Shown here one piece after another: positions 42,287 to 51,159 of a stretch of DNA of 64,000 nt; position 1 is the stretch's first letter, and every line of letters begins with the position of its first letter. Made by a program: the position numbers and the translations under genes. Below the pieces are notes generated by a model. The model had not been told where the DNA came from. It was given only the letters and a program-made list of their open reading frames with translations, and did no database searches. The stretch is from positions 288,001-352,000 of the forward strand of contig CAXXWS020000002.1 of assembly GCA_963665325.3 (NCBI GenBank), given 5' to 3'. Source of the DNA: Alphaproteobacteria bacterium (GTDB lineage Bacteria; Pseudomonadota; Alphaproteobacteria; Bin95).

Positions 42287-43303
42287 ATGAAGGCGATCGG
42301 CTACACGGAGAGGGGCCCGATCTCCGCGGAGACCTCCATTGTCGAGTTCGAGACCGAGAGACCGCGGCCATCCCCGAACGACCTGCTCGTGGAGGTGCGC
42401 GGCATCTCGGTCAATCCCGTTGACGTCAAGGTGCGGGCCAACAGGCAGCCGCCGGAGGGGGAGCCGCGCATTCTCGGCTTCGACGCCGCCGGGGTCGTGA
42501 GGGAGGCGGGCGCGGCGACCGCCCGGTTCAAGCCGGGTGACGAAGTGTTCTACGCCGGCGACTTCACCCGCCCCGGCGCCAACGCCGAGTTTCAAGCGGT
42601 CGACGAACGCATCGTGGGTCGGAAACCGACCTCGCTCGGTTTTGCGGAAGCGGCCGCGCTGCCGCTGACCAGCATCACGGCGTGGGAAATTCTGTTCGAC
42701 AGTTTCGCGCTCCGCGAAGGGGGAGGCGAGGGGGAGTCGCTGCTCGTGGTCGGTGGCGCCGGCGGCGTGGGGTCGATCCTGATTCAACTGGCGAAGAAGC
42801 TCACCGGCCTGACCGTCATCGCCACCGCATCGCGTCCCGACACGCAAGCGTGGGTCGGGAAAATGGGCGCAGACCGCATCGTCAACCATCGCGATCCCCT
42901 CGACGAAGAGATGCGGGCTTTGGGCATCTCGCCACGCTATGTCGCCGCACTGACGAATACGGACGAGCACTTTGCGTCCATTGTCGAACTGATCAAGCCA
43001 CGCGGGCACATCGCAGTGATCGACGATCCCCAGAGCCTCGACATTGCGGCGATCAAGCTCAAGGCCCTCTCGTTCAGCTGGGAGTTCATGTTCGCTCGCT
43101 CAATGTTCCGGACCGACGACATGGACGTGCAGCACGAACTGTTGAACCGCGTTGCCGACCTCGTCGACGACGGCACGCTCACCGCGACAGTGAACAGGCA
43201 TGGCGGGGAGATGGGCGTCGGGAGCCTGCGCAGCGCGCTCGCACTGCAGGAGAGTGGGGCGGCGATCGGCAAGACCGTACTGGACGGATTCCGCCGCGCG
43301 TGA
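42287..43303 (+). CDS. MDR superfamily quinone oxidoreductase (zinc-type ADH-like family)
   Basis: [34 protein letters not shown]. Confidence 0.9.
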   Translation: MKAIGYTERGPISAETSIVEFETERPRPSPNDLLVEVRGISVNPVDVKVRANRQPPEGEPRILGFDAAGVVREAGAATARFKPGDEVFYAGDFTRPGANAEFQAVDERIVGRKPTSLGFAEAAALPLTSITAWEILFDSFALREGGGEGESLLVVGGAGGVGSILIQLAKKLTGLTVIATASRPDTQAWVGKMGADRIVNHRDPLDEEMRALGISPRYVAALTNTDEHFASIVELIKPRGHIAVIDDPQSLDIAAIKLKALSFSWEFMFARSMFRTDDMDVQHELLNRVADLVDDGTLTATVNRHGGEMGVGSLRSALALQESGAAIGKTVLDGFRRA

Positions 43304-43409
43304 CGGATACCCGGCAGGAACCCGGTCCGCATGGCGCGGTTTCCGCTCACAGCTTCGCCCCGCCGCCCTTACTACGGTCGAGGTCCGGCGCCAGGCCCCG
43401 AAGCCGGTC

Positions 43410-43544
43410 AACCATGTCATTACGGTGGAGCGGGTGATCGGCTTCAGGCGCGGGACCGGCGGCAAACCCGGCGTGGAGTATCTGCGCCGGATGCCGGGCG
43501 TCGAGCTGTTTCCCGAACTGTGGCATGTGCGCGGGGAGTTCTGA
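43410..43544 (+). pseudogene. kynA: C-terminal remnant of tryptophan 2,3-dioxygenase
   Basis: [34 protein letters not shown] matches the KynA C-terminus; no space or start for the rest; stop 3 nt before kynU. Confidence 0.8.
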
Positions 43545-43547
43545 ACC

Positions 43548-44741
43548 ATGCCCACGACGCTTCCGATGAAAGAGCTTTTCGACCTTCCCGAAGGGGTGAT
43601 CTATCTCGACGGTAATTCCCTCGGGCCGCTGCCCAGGGGCGCTATCGAGCGCGCCCGGCATGTGATCGGCCAGCAATGGGGACAGGAACTCATTCGCGCC
43701 TGGAACACGGCCGACTGGATGGCGCTTCCGCAGCATGTGGGCGATCGGATCGCCCGGTTGATCGGCGCGGCGCAATGCTCCGTCGCGACGGGAGACACGC
43801 TGTCGATCAAGGTCTACCAGGCGCTTGCGGCGTCCCTGAAGCTGCGCCCAGGACGCAGGACGATCCTCTCTGACTCGGGCAACTTCCCGTCCGACCTCTA
43901 CATGGCCGAAGGACTGATCCGCACGATCGGCAAGGATTACGAACTGCGCACGCCGGCGCCGGAAGATGTCCTCTACCGGATCGACGAGAATGTGGCGGCG
44001 GTGATGCTGACGCAGGTCGATTACCGCACCGGCCGGATGTACGACATGGCCGCGGTCACGCAGGCTGCCCACGCCGCCGGGGCGGTCATGATCTGGGACC
44101 TTGCCCACAGCGCTGGCGCCGTGCCCATCGACATGGCCGGCAGCCGGGCGGAGTTCGCCGTCGGATGCACCTACAAATACCTGAACGGCGGGCCCGGCGC
44201 CCCGGCCTTCATCCATGTCCAGCCCGATATCGTCGAGGCGGTGGAGCCAGCGCTGGCCGGGTGGCTCGGCCACGATGCACCCTTCGCCATGGAGCCCTCC
44301 TACCGCCCCGCCATGTCAACCGAGCGCCTCCGGGTCGGCACGCCGCCCATCGTGCAGCTCGCCATCCTGGACCGGGCGCTGGATGTGTGGGAGGGCGTCG
44401 ATATGGCGGACATCCGCGCGGCCTCGATTGCGCTGTCCGAACTGTTCATCGCCGAGGTCGAGGCCCGCTGCCCCGGCCTCGCGCTCGCCTCGCCGCGCAA
44501 TCCGGCCGAACGCGGCTCGCAGGTGTCCTTCGCCTTCGAGCACGGCTATCCCGCCATGCAGGCGCTGATCGACCGCGGCGTGATCGGGGACTTCCGCGCT
44601 CCCGACATCATGCGGTTCGGCTTCACACCCCTCTATATCGACGAGGCGGATGTGCTCGCAGCCGCCGAAACCCTCGAAACCGTGATCGCCCGGGAATTCT
44701 GGCGCGATCCGAAATATCAGACCCGCTCGCGGGTGACATGA
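43548..44741 (+). CDS. kynU: kynureninase
   Basis: YLDGNSLG, FPSDLY, WDLAHSAG, GCTYKYLNGGPG, RGSQVS. Confidence 0.95.
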   Translation: MPTTLPMKELFDLPEGVIYLDGNSLGPLPRGAIERARHVIGQQWGQELIRAWNTADWMALPQHVGDRIARLIGAAQCSVATGDTLSIKVYQALAASLKLRPGRRTILSDSGNFPSDLYMAEGLIRTIGKDYELRTPAPEDVLYRIDENVAAVMLTQVDYRTGRMYDMAAVTQAAHAAGAVMIWDLAHSAGAVPIDMAGSRAEFAVGCTYKYLNGGPGAPAFIHVQPDIVEAVEPALAGWLGHDAPFAMEPSYRPAMSTERLRVGTPPIVQLAILDRALDVWEGVDMADIRAASIALSELFIAEVEARCPGLALASPRNPAERGSQVSFAFEHGYPAMQALIDRGVIGDFRAPDIMRFGFTPLYIDEADVLAAAETLETVIAREFWRDPKYQTRSRVT

Positions 44742-44856
44742 AACGGGAACAGGCCCGCACTCAAGCCGAATGGGGAATGCCCGCTCACGAAGCCGCGGAT
44801 TGCGGTTGGCGGTGGAGCATGAAATTGTTGCCGCAGGAATTTCGGGGGAGGCCGCG

Positions 44857-45579
44857 ATGAGCTTGGCAAGCGTTAAGGCTCTGACTTTCGACACGGGTGG
44901 GACCATTCTCGACTGGCATTCCGGCGTTAAGGGCGCATTGGCAAAGACCGGCGCCAGGCACGGGATCGAGAAGAATTGGGTTCATATTGCCAACGAGTTC
45001 CGGCGCCGCTCGCTGGGGAAGATGATCAATCTGGGCGAAAGGGAACCGCCGGCTTACAACATCGACGACGCCCACCGGATGGCGCTGGAGAGCCTCGTCG
45101 AGGAGCACGGACTCGACGCCTTCACCGAGGACGAGCGCCACGCGATTTGTTACGACACGATGCATAACTTGCAGTGCTGGCCCGATTTTCCGGGTATCCT
45201 GCCGAAGCTTCGCGAGAACTTCCTGTGCGCGTCATTCACGATCCTCAGCTTCCGGACCATCATGGACACGGCCAGGCGCAACGGGCTTGGCTGGGACGCC
45301 GTCTTCTCTTGCGAGGCGATCGGCAAGTACAAAATCCTGCCGGAAGCCTACAAAGCCGTCGCGAAGTTCCTGCAGCTGGAACCGGGTGAAATATGCATGG
45401 TGGCCTGCCACAATTTCGACCTCGATGCTGCGAAGGGCTGCGGCTTCAGAACCGCGTTCGTCAAGCGGCCCGACGAGTGGGGCCCTGAAGGCCCGCCCGA
45501 CCGGGACCCGAATCCGACCCACGACATCGTCGCGGACAGTTTCCCCGACATGGCGCGACAATTGGGCGTGGTCATCTAA
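44857..45579 (+). CDS. HAD superfamily hydrolase, haloacid dehalogenase type II-like
   Basis: TFDTGGTILDW, YK, MVACHNFDL, RP.EWG; GGGGGAGG RBS. Confidence 0.85.
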   Translation: MSLASVKALTFDTGGTILDWHSGVKGALAKTGARHGIEKNWVHIANEFRRRSLGKMINLGEREPPAYNIDDAHRMALESLVEEHGLDAFTEDERHAICYDTMHNLQCWPDFPGILPKLRENFLCASFTILSFRTIMDTARRNGLGWDAVFSCEAIGKYKILPEAYKAVAKFLQLEPGEICMVACHNFDLDAAKGCGFRTAFVKRPDEWGPEGPPDRDPNPTHDIVADSFPDMARQLGVVI

Positions 45580-45638
45580 CCCGTCCGAGGTCGCCCAAAT
45601 GCTGTGGGCGGTTCGCCTGGGTCGCGTCCCCGAACGCC

Positions 45639-46613
45639 TTACCCCCGCCACACCTCTCCCAGAAAGCGCAGCCAGTTTTCGCCGGCGATCTTCTCGATCC
45701 TTGCGTCCGTCCAGCCGGCGCGGTCCATGGCGGCGATGAGGTTCGGGTAGTCGCGCATGCCGTCGAGGCCCTTCGGGTTGGGCGGGCGGTTCGCCATGGG
45801 CGCGGAGAGCGCGCGGCCGCGACCCTTGTCGGAGCGCAGATATTCGAAGAAGCCGACGCCGTGGCCCTGGGTGAAGTCGGTGCCGATGCCGACATTCTCC
45901 TCCCCCGCCACGGAGATGGTGTGGTCGAGCAGCGCTACTACATCGTCCACTGTCGCCTCGCCCTGCTGCGCCATGAAGGGCGTGTAGGCGACGACGCCGG
46001 TGAAGCCGCCCCGGTCGGAGATCAGCTTCAGCATCTCGTCCGGCTTGTTGCGCGGGTGGTCGTAGAGCGTGTTGGGGGCGCAGTGGGTGTAGGCCACAGG
46101 CTGCTTGGAATGCAGGATGGCGTCCCGGCTCGTCCCGTCGCCGACATGGCTGAGATCGACCAGCATGCCGAGCCGGTTCATCTCGTCGATGACATCGCGC
46201 CCGAAATCGGAGAGCCCGCTGTCCCGGCTCTCCCAGCAGCCGGAGCCGACGAGGTTCTGCGTGTTGTAGGTGAGTTGGATCACGCGCACGCCGAGATCGT
46301 GGAAGAGCGGCAGGTAGTCCACCCGGTCCTCGATGGGATAGCTGTTCTGCCAGCCGAGGAAGATCGCGACCTTGCCGGCCGCTTTCGCCGCCCGGATATC
46401 GGCGACGGAGCGGGCCTGGACCAGAATGTCGTCATGGTCGCGGAAATACCCCTGCCAGGCCGCAATGTTGTCCATTGTCTCGCGGAAGTTCTCCCAGACG
46501 GCGCAGGTGCAATTGGCGGCGGTCAGCCCGCCGTCGCGCATTTCCTCGAAGACCTCGCGGCTCCAGTCGGAAACGATCAGTCCGTCCACGATTACAGGGC
46601 TGTCGAGCGGCAT
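45639..46613 (-). CDS. membrane dipeptidase (M19) family protein
   Basis: DGL, QLTYNTQN, VDLSH, HPRNK.D, GIGTDF. Confidence 0.9.
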   Translation of the reverse strand: MPLDSPVIVDGLIVSDWSREVFEEMRDGGLTAANCTCAVWENFRETMDNIAAWQGYFRDHDDILVQARSVADIRAAKAAGKVAIFLGWQNSYPIEDRVDYLPLFHDLGVRVIQLTYNTQNLVGSGCWESRDSGLSDFGRDVIDEMNRLGMLVDLSHVGDGTSRDAILHSKQPVAYTHCAPNTLYDHPRNKPDEMLKLISDRGGFTGVVAYTPFMAQQGEATVDDVVALLDHTISVAGEENVGIGTDFTQGHGVGFFEYLRSDKGRGRALSAPMANRPPNPKGLDGMRDYPNLIAAMDRAGWTDARIEKIAGENWLRFLGEVWRG

Positions 46614-46654
46614 GGATAACTCTCCCGGATACCGGATGTTCGTGCGGTTATGAA

Positions 46655-46732
46655 AGCGCCGTTGCCGGCGCTGGTATTTGCGTTGGCGCCGTCGCCGGCG
46701 CTGGTCTTTACGTTAGCGCCGTCGCCGACACC
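46655..46732 (-). repeat. 2.6 copies of a 30-bp tandem repeat, each a GNRA-capped hairpin
   Basis: units start at 46655, 46685, 46715; minus-strand hairpins (A/G)G(C/T)G(C/T)CG-GCRA-CGGCGC(T/C). Confidence 0.8.
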
Positions 46733-47148
46733 ATCGCCGCCGGCGTCCAGCGCAGGCGGCGCCTTGCAAGGCGCTGCTCTTCGTTCTCGTCGTCGTAATG
46801 CGCCGGGGCGGGATCGGGGAAGCCGTCCTGCGGCAGGTCGAGCGTGTTGACGATCAGGGTCGCCAGCAGGCCGTCCGGTTCCTCCACCAGCGCCGAGACA
46901 TAGACGCCGCAAGCCTTGCAGATGAGGAAGTCGGTGATGCCGAGGCCGAAGCGGTAGCGGTCCACATTCGCCTCGTCGGCAATTGCGATTTCCAACAGCC
47001 CTTCGGGATCGCCGGTCGCGCGCACGCCGTGCTTGCGGCAGAAGGTGCACTGGCAGGCCCGGATCGGCCAGTCCGACACGGGCTTCGCCGTGCGGTAGGC
47101 CACGCGGACATTGCCGCAATGGCAGCCGCCCCTGTGAGTCTCCGTCAT
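46708..47148 (-). CDS. GFA/CENP-V family Zn protein
   Basis: GGCHCG, CQCTFCRK, C..CG. Confidence 0.88.
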   Translation of the reverse strand: MTETHRGGCHCGNVRVAYRTAKPVSDWPIRACQCTFCRKHGVRATGDPEGLLEIAIADEANVDRYRFGLGITDFLICKACGVYVSALVEEPDGLLATLIVNTLDLPQDGFPDPAPAHYDDENEEQRLARRRLRWTPAAMVSATALT

Positions 47149-47170
47149 GGCATCCTCTTTCCGAAAAGCG

Positions 47171-48202
47171 TCAGCGCGTTTCCTTGCGGAGCATCGACAG
47201 AACGCGGTCCGCAAGCAAGTCGATGCTGCGCAGCACGAGCCGCTGGTCCATGCCGAGCCACTGGATGCGGGTGACGATGCGGTTGCAGCCGGTCGCCTCC
47301 GAGAGCGAGAGCAGTTCGTCCGCGACCTCTTCCGGCGAGCCCATCACGACCCGCCCGGCGAGCAGTTCGTCGAGGTCGGGCTCGTCCTTGCCGACCCCGC
47401 CAATGGTCCGGAACAGGCCCCACTGTCCAAAGACCCTGTAGCTGGCTTCCAGGAACGGACCGGCCTCGCGGACTGCCGTTTCCCGGTCCGGCGCGACCAC
47501 GATATTGCGCAGCATCGGGAAGCGGGCGGGCATGGGTTTGCCGAGCGCATCGAGCGCCTCGCGGAAGCATTCCGCCTGGCGCCTGACGACATTGCCCACC
47601 AGGTGCGAGGAGGCGACCCAGCTGTCGCCGAGCCTCGTGTCCGCCAGGCGGGCCGCCCGCTCGACCGCCGCTTCGACGCTGCCGCCGAACCACATCGGCG
47701 GCCGCGGCCGGCGTACGGGCCTGAGCGCGAGAGTCAGGTCGTTCGCGGTGAAATGCCGGCCGGCGAAGTTGACGGACCCCTCCGTGAACAGCCGCCGGAT
47801 CAGATCGACTCCTTCCAGGTAGCGTCCGATCCGGCGCCCGAAATCCAGCCCCATCAACTCGAACTCGTCCCGCTGCCAGCCGGGCGCCACGCCGAGCGTG
47901 AACCTGCCGCCGGAAACCGCATCGAGCAACGCTGCCTGCTCGGCAATCTGGAACGGATGGTAGAGCGGCAGGATCAGCATGCAGGTGGCGATCTGCATGC
48001 CCTCGGCTTCGGGTGCCAGATGCAGCAGCGTTTCCAGCGGCGGGAACCAGGCGGTATCGCCGTAGGAAAGGTGGTTGCCGATGGCCACGCCCTCGAAGCC
48101 GCCCTCGCGCGCGAGGCGGAGCTGCTCGACATGCTCGGCCATCTTCTCGCCCATATGCGCGTCCGGGCGATGTTCGGCGCTGATGAATAGATGCAGGTCC
48201 AT
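47171..48202 (-). CDS. LLM class flavin-dependent oxidoreductase
   Basis: LPLYHP..IAEQAALLD..SGGRF.LGV..G, P.W.GG, GSPEEV. Confidence 0.9.
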   Translation of the reverse strand: MDLHLFISAEHRPDAHMGEKMAEHVEQLRLAREGGFEGVAIGNHLSYGDTAWFPPLETLLHLAPEAEGMQIATCMLILPLYHPFQIAEQAALLDAVSGGRFTLGVAPGWQRDEFELMGLDFGRRIGRYLEGVDLIRRLFTEGSVNFAGRHFTANDLTLALRPVRRPRPPMWFGGSVEAAVERAARLADTRLGDSWVASSHLVGNVVRRQAECFREALDALGKPMPARFPMLRNIVVAPDRETAVREAGPFLEASYRVFGQWGLFRTIGGVGKDEPDLDELLAGRVVMGSPEEVADELLSLSEATGCNRIVTRIQWLGMDQRLVLRSIDLLADRVLSMLRKETR

Positions 48203-48274
48203 GGCGCACCAGATTGGCCCAAAGCGGGGCCGGACGCTACACCTGCGACGCCGCGGCGGAAGGCGGCAGGGTCA

Positions 48275-48427
48275 TTACGGCGCGACGGGGTCCCGAACGA
48301 AATCGGGCGCCTTGCGGCGCCCCTTGCGAGTATAGGCCTTGCGGTTCCGGACCCGTTGCGGGCGCAACGTGCGCAGCGCGCGTGCCATCGGATTGCGCCG
48401 TTTCGGCGGCGGCTTCCGCTTGCGCAT
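48275..48427 (-). CDS. small basic protein, ArfA-like (50 aa)
   Basis: MRKRKPPPKRRNPMARALRTLRPQRVRNRKAYTRKGRRKAPDFVRDPVAP; visual similarity to the ArfA core; weak RBS. Confidence 0.6.
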   Translation of the reverse strand: MRKRKPPPKRRNPMARALRTLRPQRVRNRKAYTRKGRRKAPDFVRDPVAP

Positions 48428-48459
48428 GGTCCCGGGCCCCGGCCTTGCAGTGCGATAGA

Positions 48460-48534
48460 TGGTGGGCGCGGCTGGGATTGAACCAGCGACCCCTGCCGTG
48501 TGAAGACAGTGCTCTCCCGCTGAGCTACGCGCCC
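48460..48534 (-). tRNA. tRNA-Val(CAC)
   Basis: GGGCGCGTAGCTCAGCGGGAGAGCA..CTGTC-TTCACAC-GGCAG..GGTTCAATCC..CGCGCCCACCA; 75 nt with encoded CCA. Confidence 0.96.
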
Positions 48535-48570
48535 GGAGGTCGGATCGTCTAGGCAGAGCGCGTCTGCCTG

Positions 48571-49710
48571 TCAAGCGCCGGCCCAGGGGTCGTCGAGGTC
48601 CAGGAGCGCGTTGTCGCCGCCGAGGCCGGGCGCGGGCGCGCGCACCGCCGGGCGCCGGCCGTCGAAGGAAATCGGCAGCGCCAGCGCCTGCATGCCTTCC
48701 CGCTCGGGCACGTCCACGATCATGTCGAGCGCCTGAACCTGCGGCTCCTCCAACGCTTCGACCATATTGTTGACCGGAGACGCAGGCACGCCTGCGGCCT
48801 CGAAGACTTCCATCCATTCTCGCACGGTGCCTTCGCTGAGGAACGCCTGCATATCCCTGACGATCTCCTCCCGCCGTTCCATGCGGGCGGCATTGCCTTC
48901 GAACGCCGCGCTCTCGGCCCAGTCCGCCCGCCCGAGCGCCCGCCCGAGGCGCTTGAAGAGCCGGTCGGTCGCAGCAGTAATCAGCAACCGCCCGTCCGCC
49001 GCGTCGAAGGCCTCGAACACGACCACGCGGGGGCTGCCGGTCGGATGGCGCACGGGCCGGAGCCCCGTTGCCATGTGCGAGACGAACTGCGTGGTCAGCA
49101 GGAACATGGCCGTCTCGAGCAGCGAGGTGTTGACCACGACGCCCTTCCCCGTCTTCTCCCGCTGGCGCAATCCCGCAAGTGCGCCGAGGGCCGTCCAGAG
49201 CCCGGTGCCCAGATCGCAAACCGCCGCCCCCAACCGCATCGGGTCGCCGTCGGGGTCGCCGGTATTGTCCATCAGGCCGGAGAACGCCTGGAAGAGGACC
49301 TCGAAGCCGGGGTCGAGGCGCTTCGGCCCCTTGTGGCCGAACGCGCCCATGTCGCAATAGACGAGGCGCGGATTCTCGCGGAGCAGCGTTTCCGGGTCCA
49401 GCCCGAGCTTTGCCGTGACGCCTGGGCGGAGATTCTGGACGAACACATCCGCGCCGCGCACCAGCTTCATCAGGCCCGCGCGGCCCTCTTCCCGCGTGAG
49501 GTCGAGCGACACCGACCGCTTGGACCGGTTGACGCCGTGGAAGGTGGGCGCCGCGCCGAACCAGACCGGCGGCGTCCAGCGGCGCGACTCATCGCCTTCC
49601 GGACGCTCGACCTTGATGACGTCGGCCCCGAGCTCCGCCAGCACCTGCCCGACGACCGGGCCGGCGATGATCTGCGCGAGCTCGACGACGCGCACTCCCT
49701 TGAGCGGCAT
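48571..49710 (-). CDS. CaiB/BaiF family III CoA-transferase
   Basis: PLKGVRVVE, GADVIKVE, NRSKRS, NLRPG, VCDLGTG. Confidence 0.92.
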   Translation of the reverse strand: MPLKGVRVVELAQIIAGPVVGQVLAELGADVIKVERPEGDESRRWTPPVWFGAAPTFHGVNRSKRSVSLDLTREEGRAGLMKLVRGADVFVQNLRPGVTAKLGLDPETLLRENPRLVYCDMGAFGHKGPKRLDPGFEVLFQAFSGLMDNTGDPDGDPMRLGAAVCDLGTGLWTALGALAGLRQREKTGKGVVVNTSLLETAMFLLTTQFVSHMATGLRPVRHPTGSPRVVVFEAFDAADGRLLITAATDRLFKRLGRALGRADWAESAAFEGNAARMERREEIVRDMQAFLSEGTVREWMEVFEAAGVPASPVNNMVEALEEPQVQALDMIVDVPEREGMQALALPISFDGRRPAVRAPAPGLGGDNALLDLDDPWAGA

Positions 49711-49822
49711 ACGGCATCCCCTCCCGGTTCAGTGGCAGGCCGGCGAACTCGCTGCTTGATGCAAGCCTGCCGGCCGCCTAACTCTACCTTGCAAGAGGAT
49801 GGCACATCCGGGGAGAGGGCGC

Positions 49823-50281
49823 ATGTTGGGCAGATGGGCACAGGCAGCCGTGATCGTGTGCATGGCGGGAACAGCGGCTGCCCTGGGCAGCAGCGGCGGC
49901 GGCAGCGACGACAAGTCCGGCCCGCTCGCGGCCATCGAGAAGAAGATCGAGGCCGGCGAATACGAACAGGCGCTCGCCGACCTGGAAATCCATATCGACA
50001 AGAATCGAACCAGCGCCGATGCGTTCAACTGGCTGGGCTACGCCAACCGCAAGCTCGGCCGCTTCGAGAAGGCGCAGAAGGCCTATGCCCGCGCGCTCTT
50101 CCTCGATCCGGACCACAAGGGCGCGCATGAATATGCAGGCGAGCTCAGGCTGTTGCTGGGAGACCTCGAAGGCGCGGAGCGGCATCTGGCGGCGCTCGAC
50201 CGCATCTGCCTGCTCGGCTGCGAGGAATATGACGAGCTGAAGGAGGAAATCGCCGCCTGGAAGAAGGCGAACGGCAAATGA
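49823..50281 (+). CDS. exported TPR protein
   Basis: signal peptide, TPR pattern ADAFNWLGYANRKLG..Y.RAL.LDP.H.GAHEY.GE, C-terminal CLLGCEEY. Confidence 0.82.
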   Translation: MLGRWAQAAVIVCMAGTAAALGSSGGGSDDKSGPLAAIEKKIEAGEYEQALADLEIHIDKNRTSADAFNWLGYANRKLGRFEKAQKAYARALFLDPDHKGAHEYAGELRLLLGDLEGAERHLAALDRICLLGCEEYDELKEEIAAWKKANGK

Positions 50282-50324
50282 CGCGGGCAGTGCGGCCGGG
50301 GTCGGCGGAGGCTTGCGAACGGGC

Positions 50325-51116
50325 ATGAGTCCGGGTCGCATCGGGGCCATGCTCGGCCGCTATTACTACCTGTTCCGCGGCTCGGTGCCGCGGATGATCG
50401 AGCTTGCCTATTGGCCCATCGTCCAGGTCGTTCTCTGGGGCTTCATCACCAAGTTCTTCCTGGAGCACAGCAGCTGGCTGGTGAATGCAGCCGGCGCGCT
50501 GCTGGCAGGTGTCCTGCTCTGGGACGTGCTGTTTCGCAGCCAGCTCGGGCTCAGCATTTCCTTCCTGGAGGAGATGTGGGCGCGCAATCTCGGCCAGCTC
50601 TTCGCCAGTCCTCTCAGGCCGATGGAACTCATGGCCGCCATGATGCTGGGCAGCCTGCTGCGCACCTCGCTCGGCCTGATGCCGGCGACGCTCGTTGCCT
50701 GGCTGCTGCACGAATACTCGATCTATTCGCTGGGCCTGCCGCTGATCGCGTTCTTCGCCAACCTGATGGTGTTCGGCTGGTCGATCGGGCTTGCCGTCTG
50801 CGCGCTGCTCATCCGCTACGGACTCGCAGCCGAGAGCTTCGCCTGGGCGTCGATCTTCATCCTGGCGCCGCTGAGCGCGGTCTATTACCCGGTCGATGTG
50901 CTGCCGGAGGCCGCGCAGACGATTGCGGCCGTGCTGCCCTCGGCGCATGTCTTCGAGGGGATGCGCGCGGTAATGATCGAAGGCACCTTCCGCACCGACC
51001 TGTTCCTGTGGGCCGTCGGGCTGAACCTCGTCTATATCGCTGTCGGCGCGGCGCTCTTTCTCTACGCCTTCGAGATCGCGCGTCGGCGCGGCCTCATCCT
51101 GCAATCGGGCGAGTAA
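50325..51116 (+). CDS. ABC-2 type transporter permease
   Basis: 6 TM, FLEEMWARNL..LFASP, YYPV..LP, LPS.HVFE.MR. Confidence 0.88.
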   Translation: MSPGRIGAMLGRYYYLFRGSVPRMIELAYWPIVQVVLWGFITKFFLEHSSWLVNAAGALLAGVLLWDVLFRSQLGLSISFLEEMWARNLGQLFASPLRPMELMAAMMLGSLLRTSLGLMPATLVAWLLHEYSIYSLGLPLIAFFANLMVFGWSIGLAVCALLIRYGLAAESFAWASIFILAPLSAVYYPVDVLPEAAQTIAAVLPSAHVFEGMRAVMIEGTFRTDLFLWAVGLNLVYIAVGAALFLYAFEIARRRGLILQSGE

Positions 51117-51159
51117 GGAGGCGATTGCCGGCCGGTAAACGGGGCATATATATGGCGGC

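Noticed and set aside
46655-46732. Possible mini-CRISPR array
   Set aside because: The 12-nt linkers are too short and nearly identical, and there are no cas genes. Kept as a hairpin repeat.
48460-48534. tRNA-Val as an integration site for an island
   Set aside because: No integrase and no duplicated tRNA 3' end were seen in the window.
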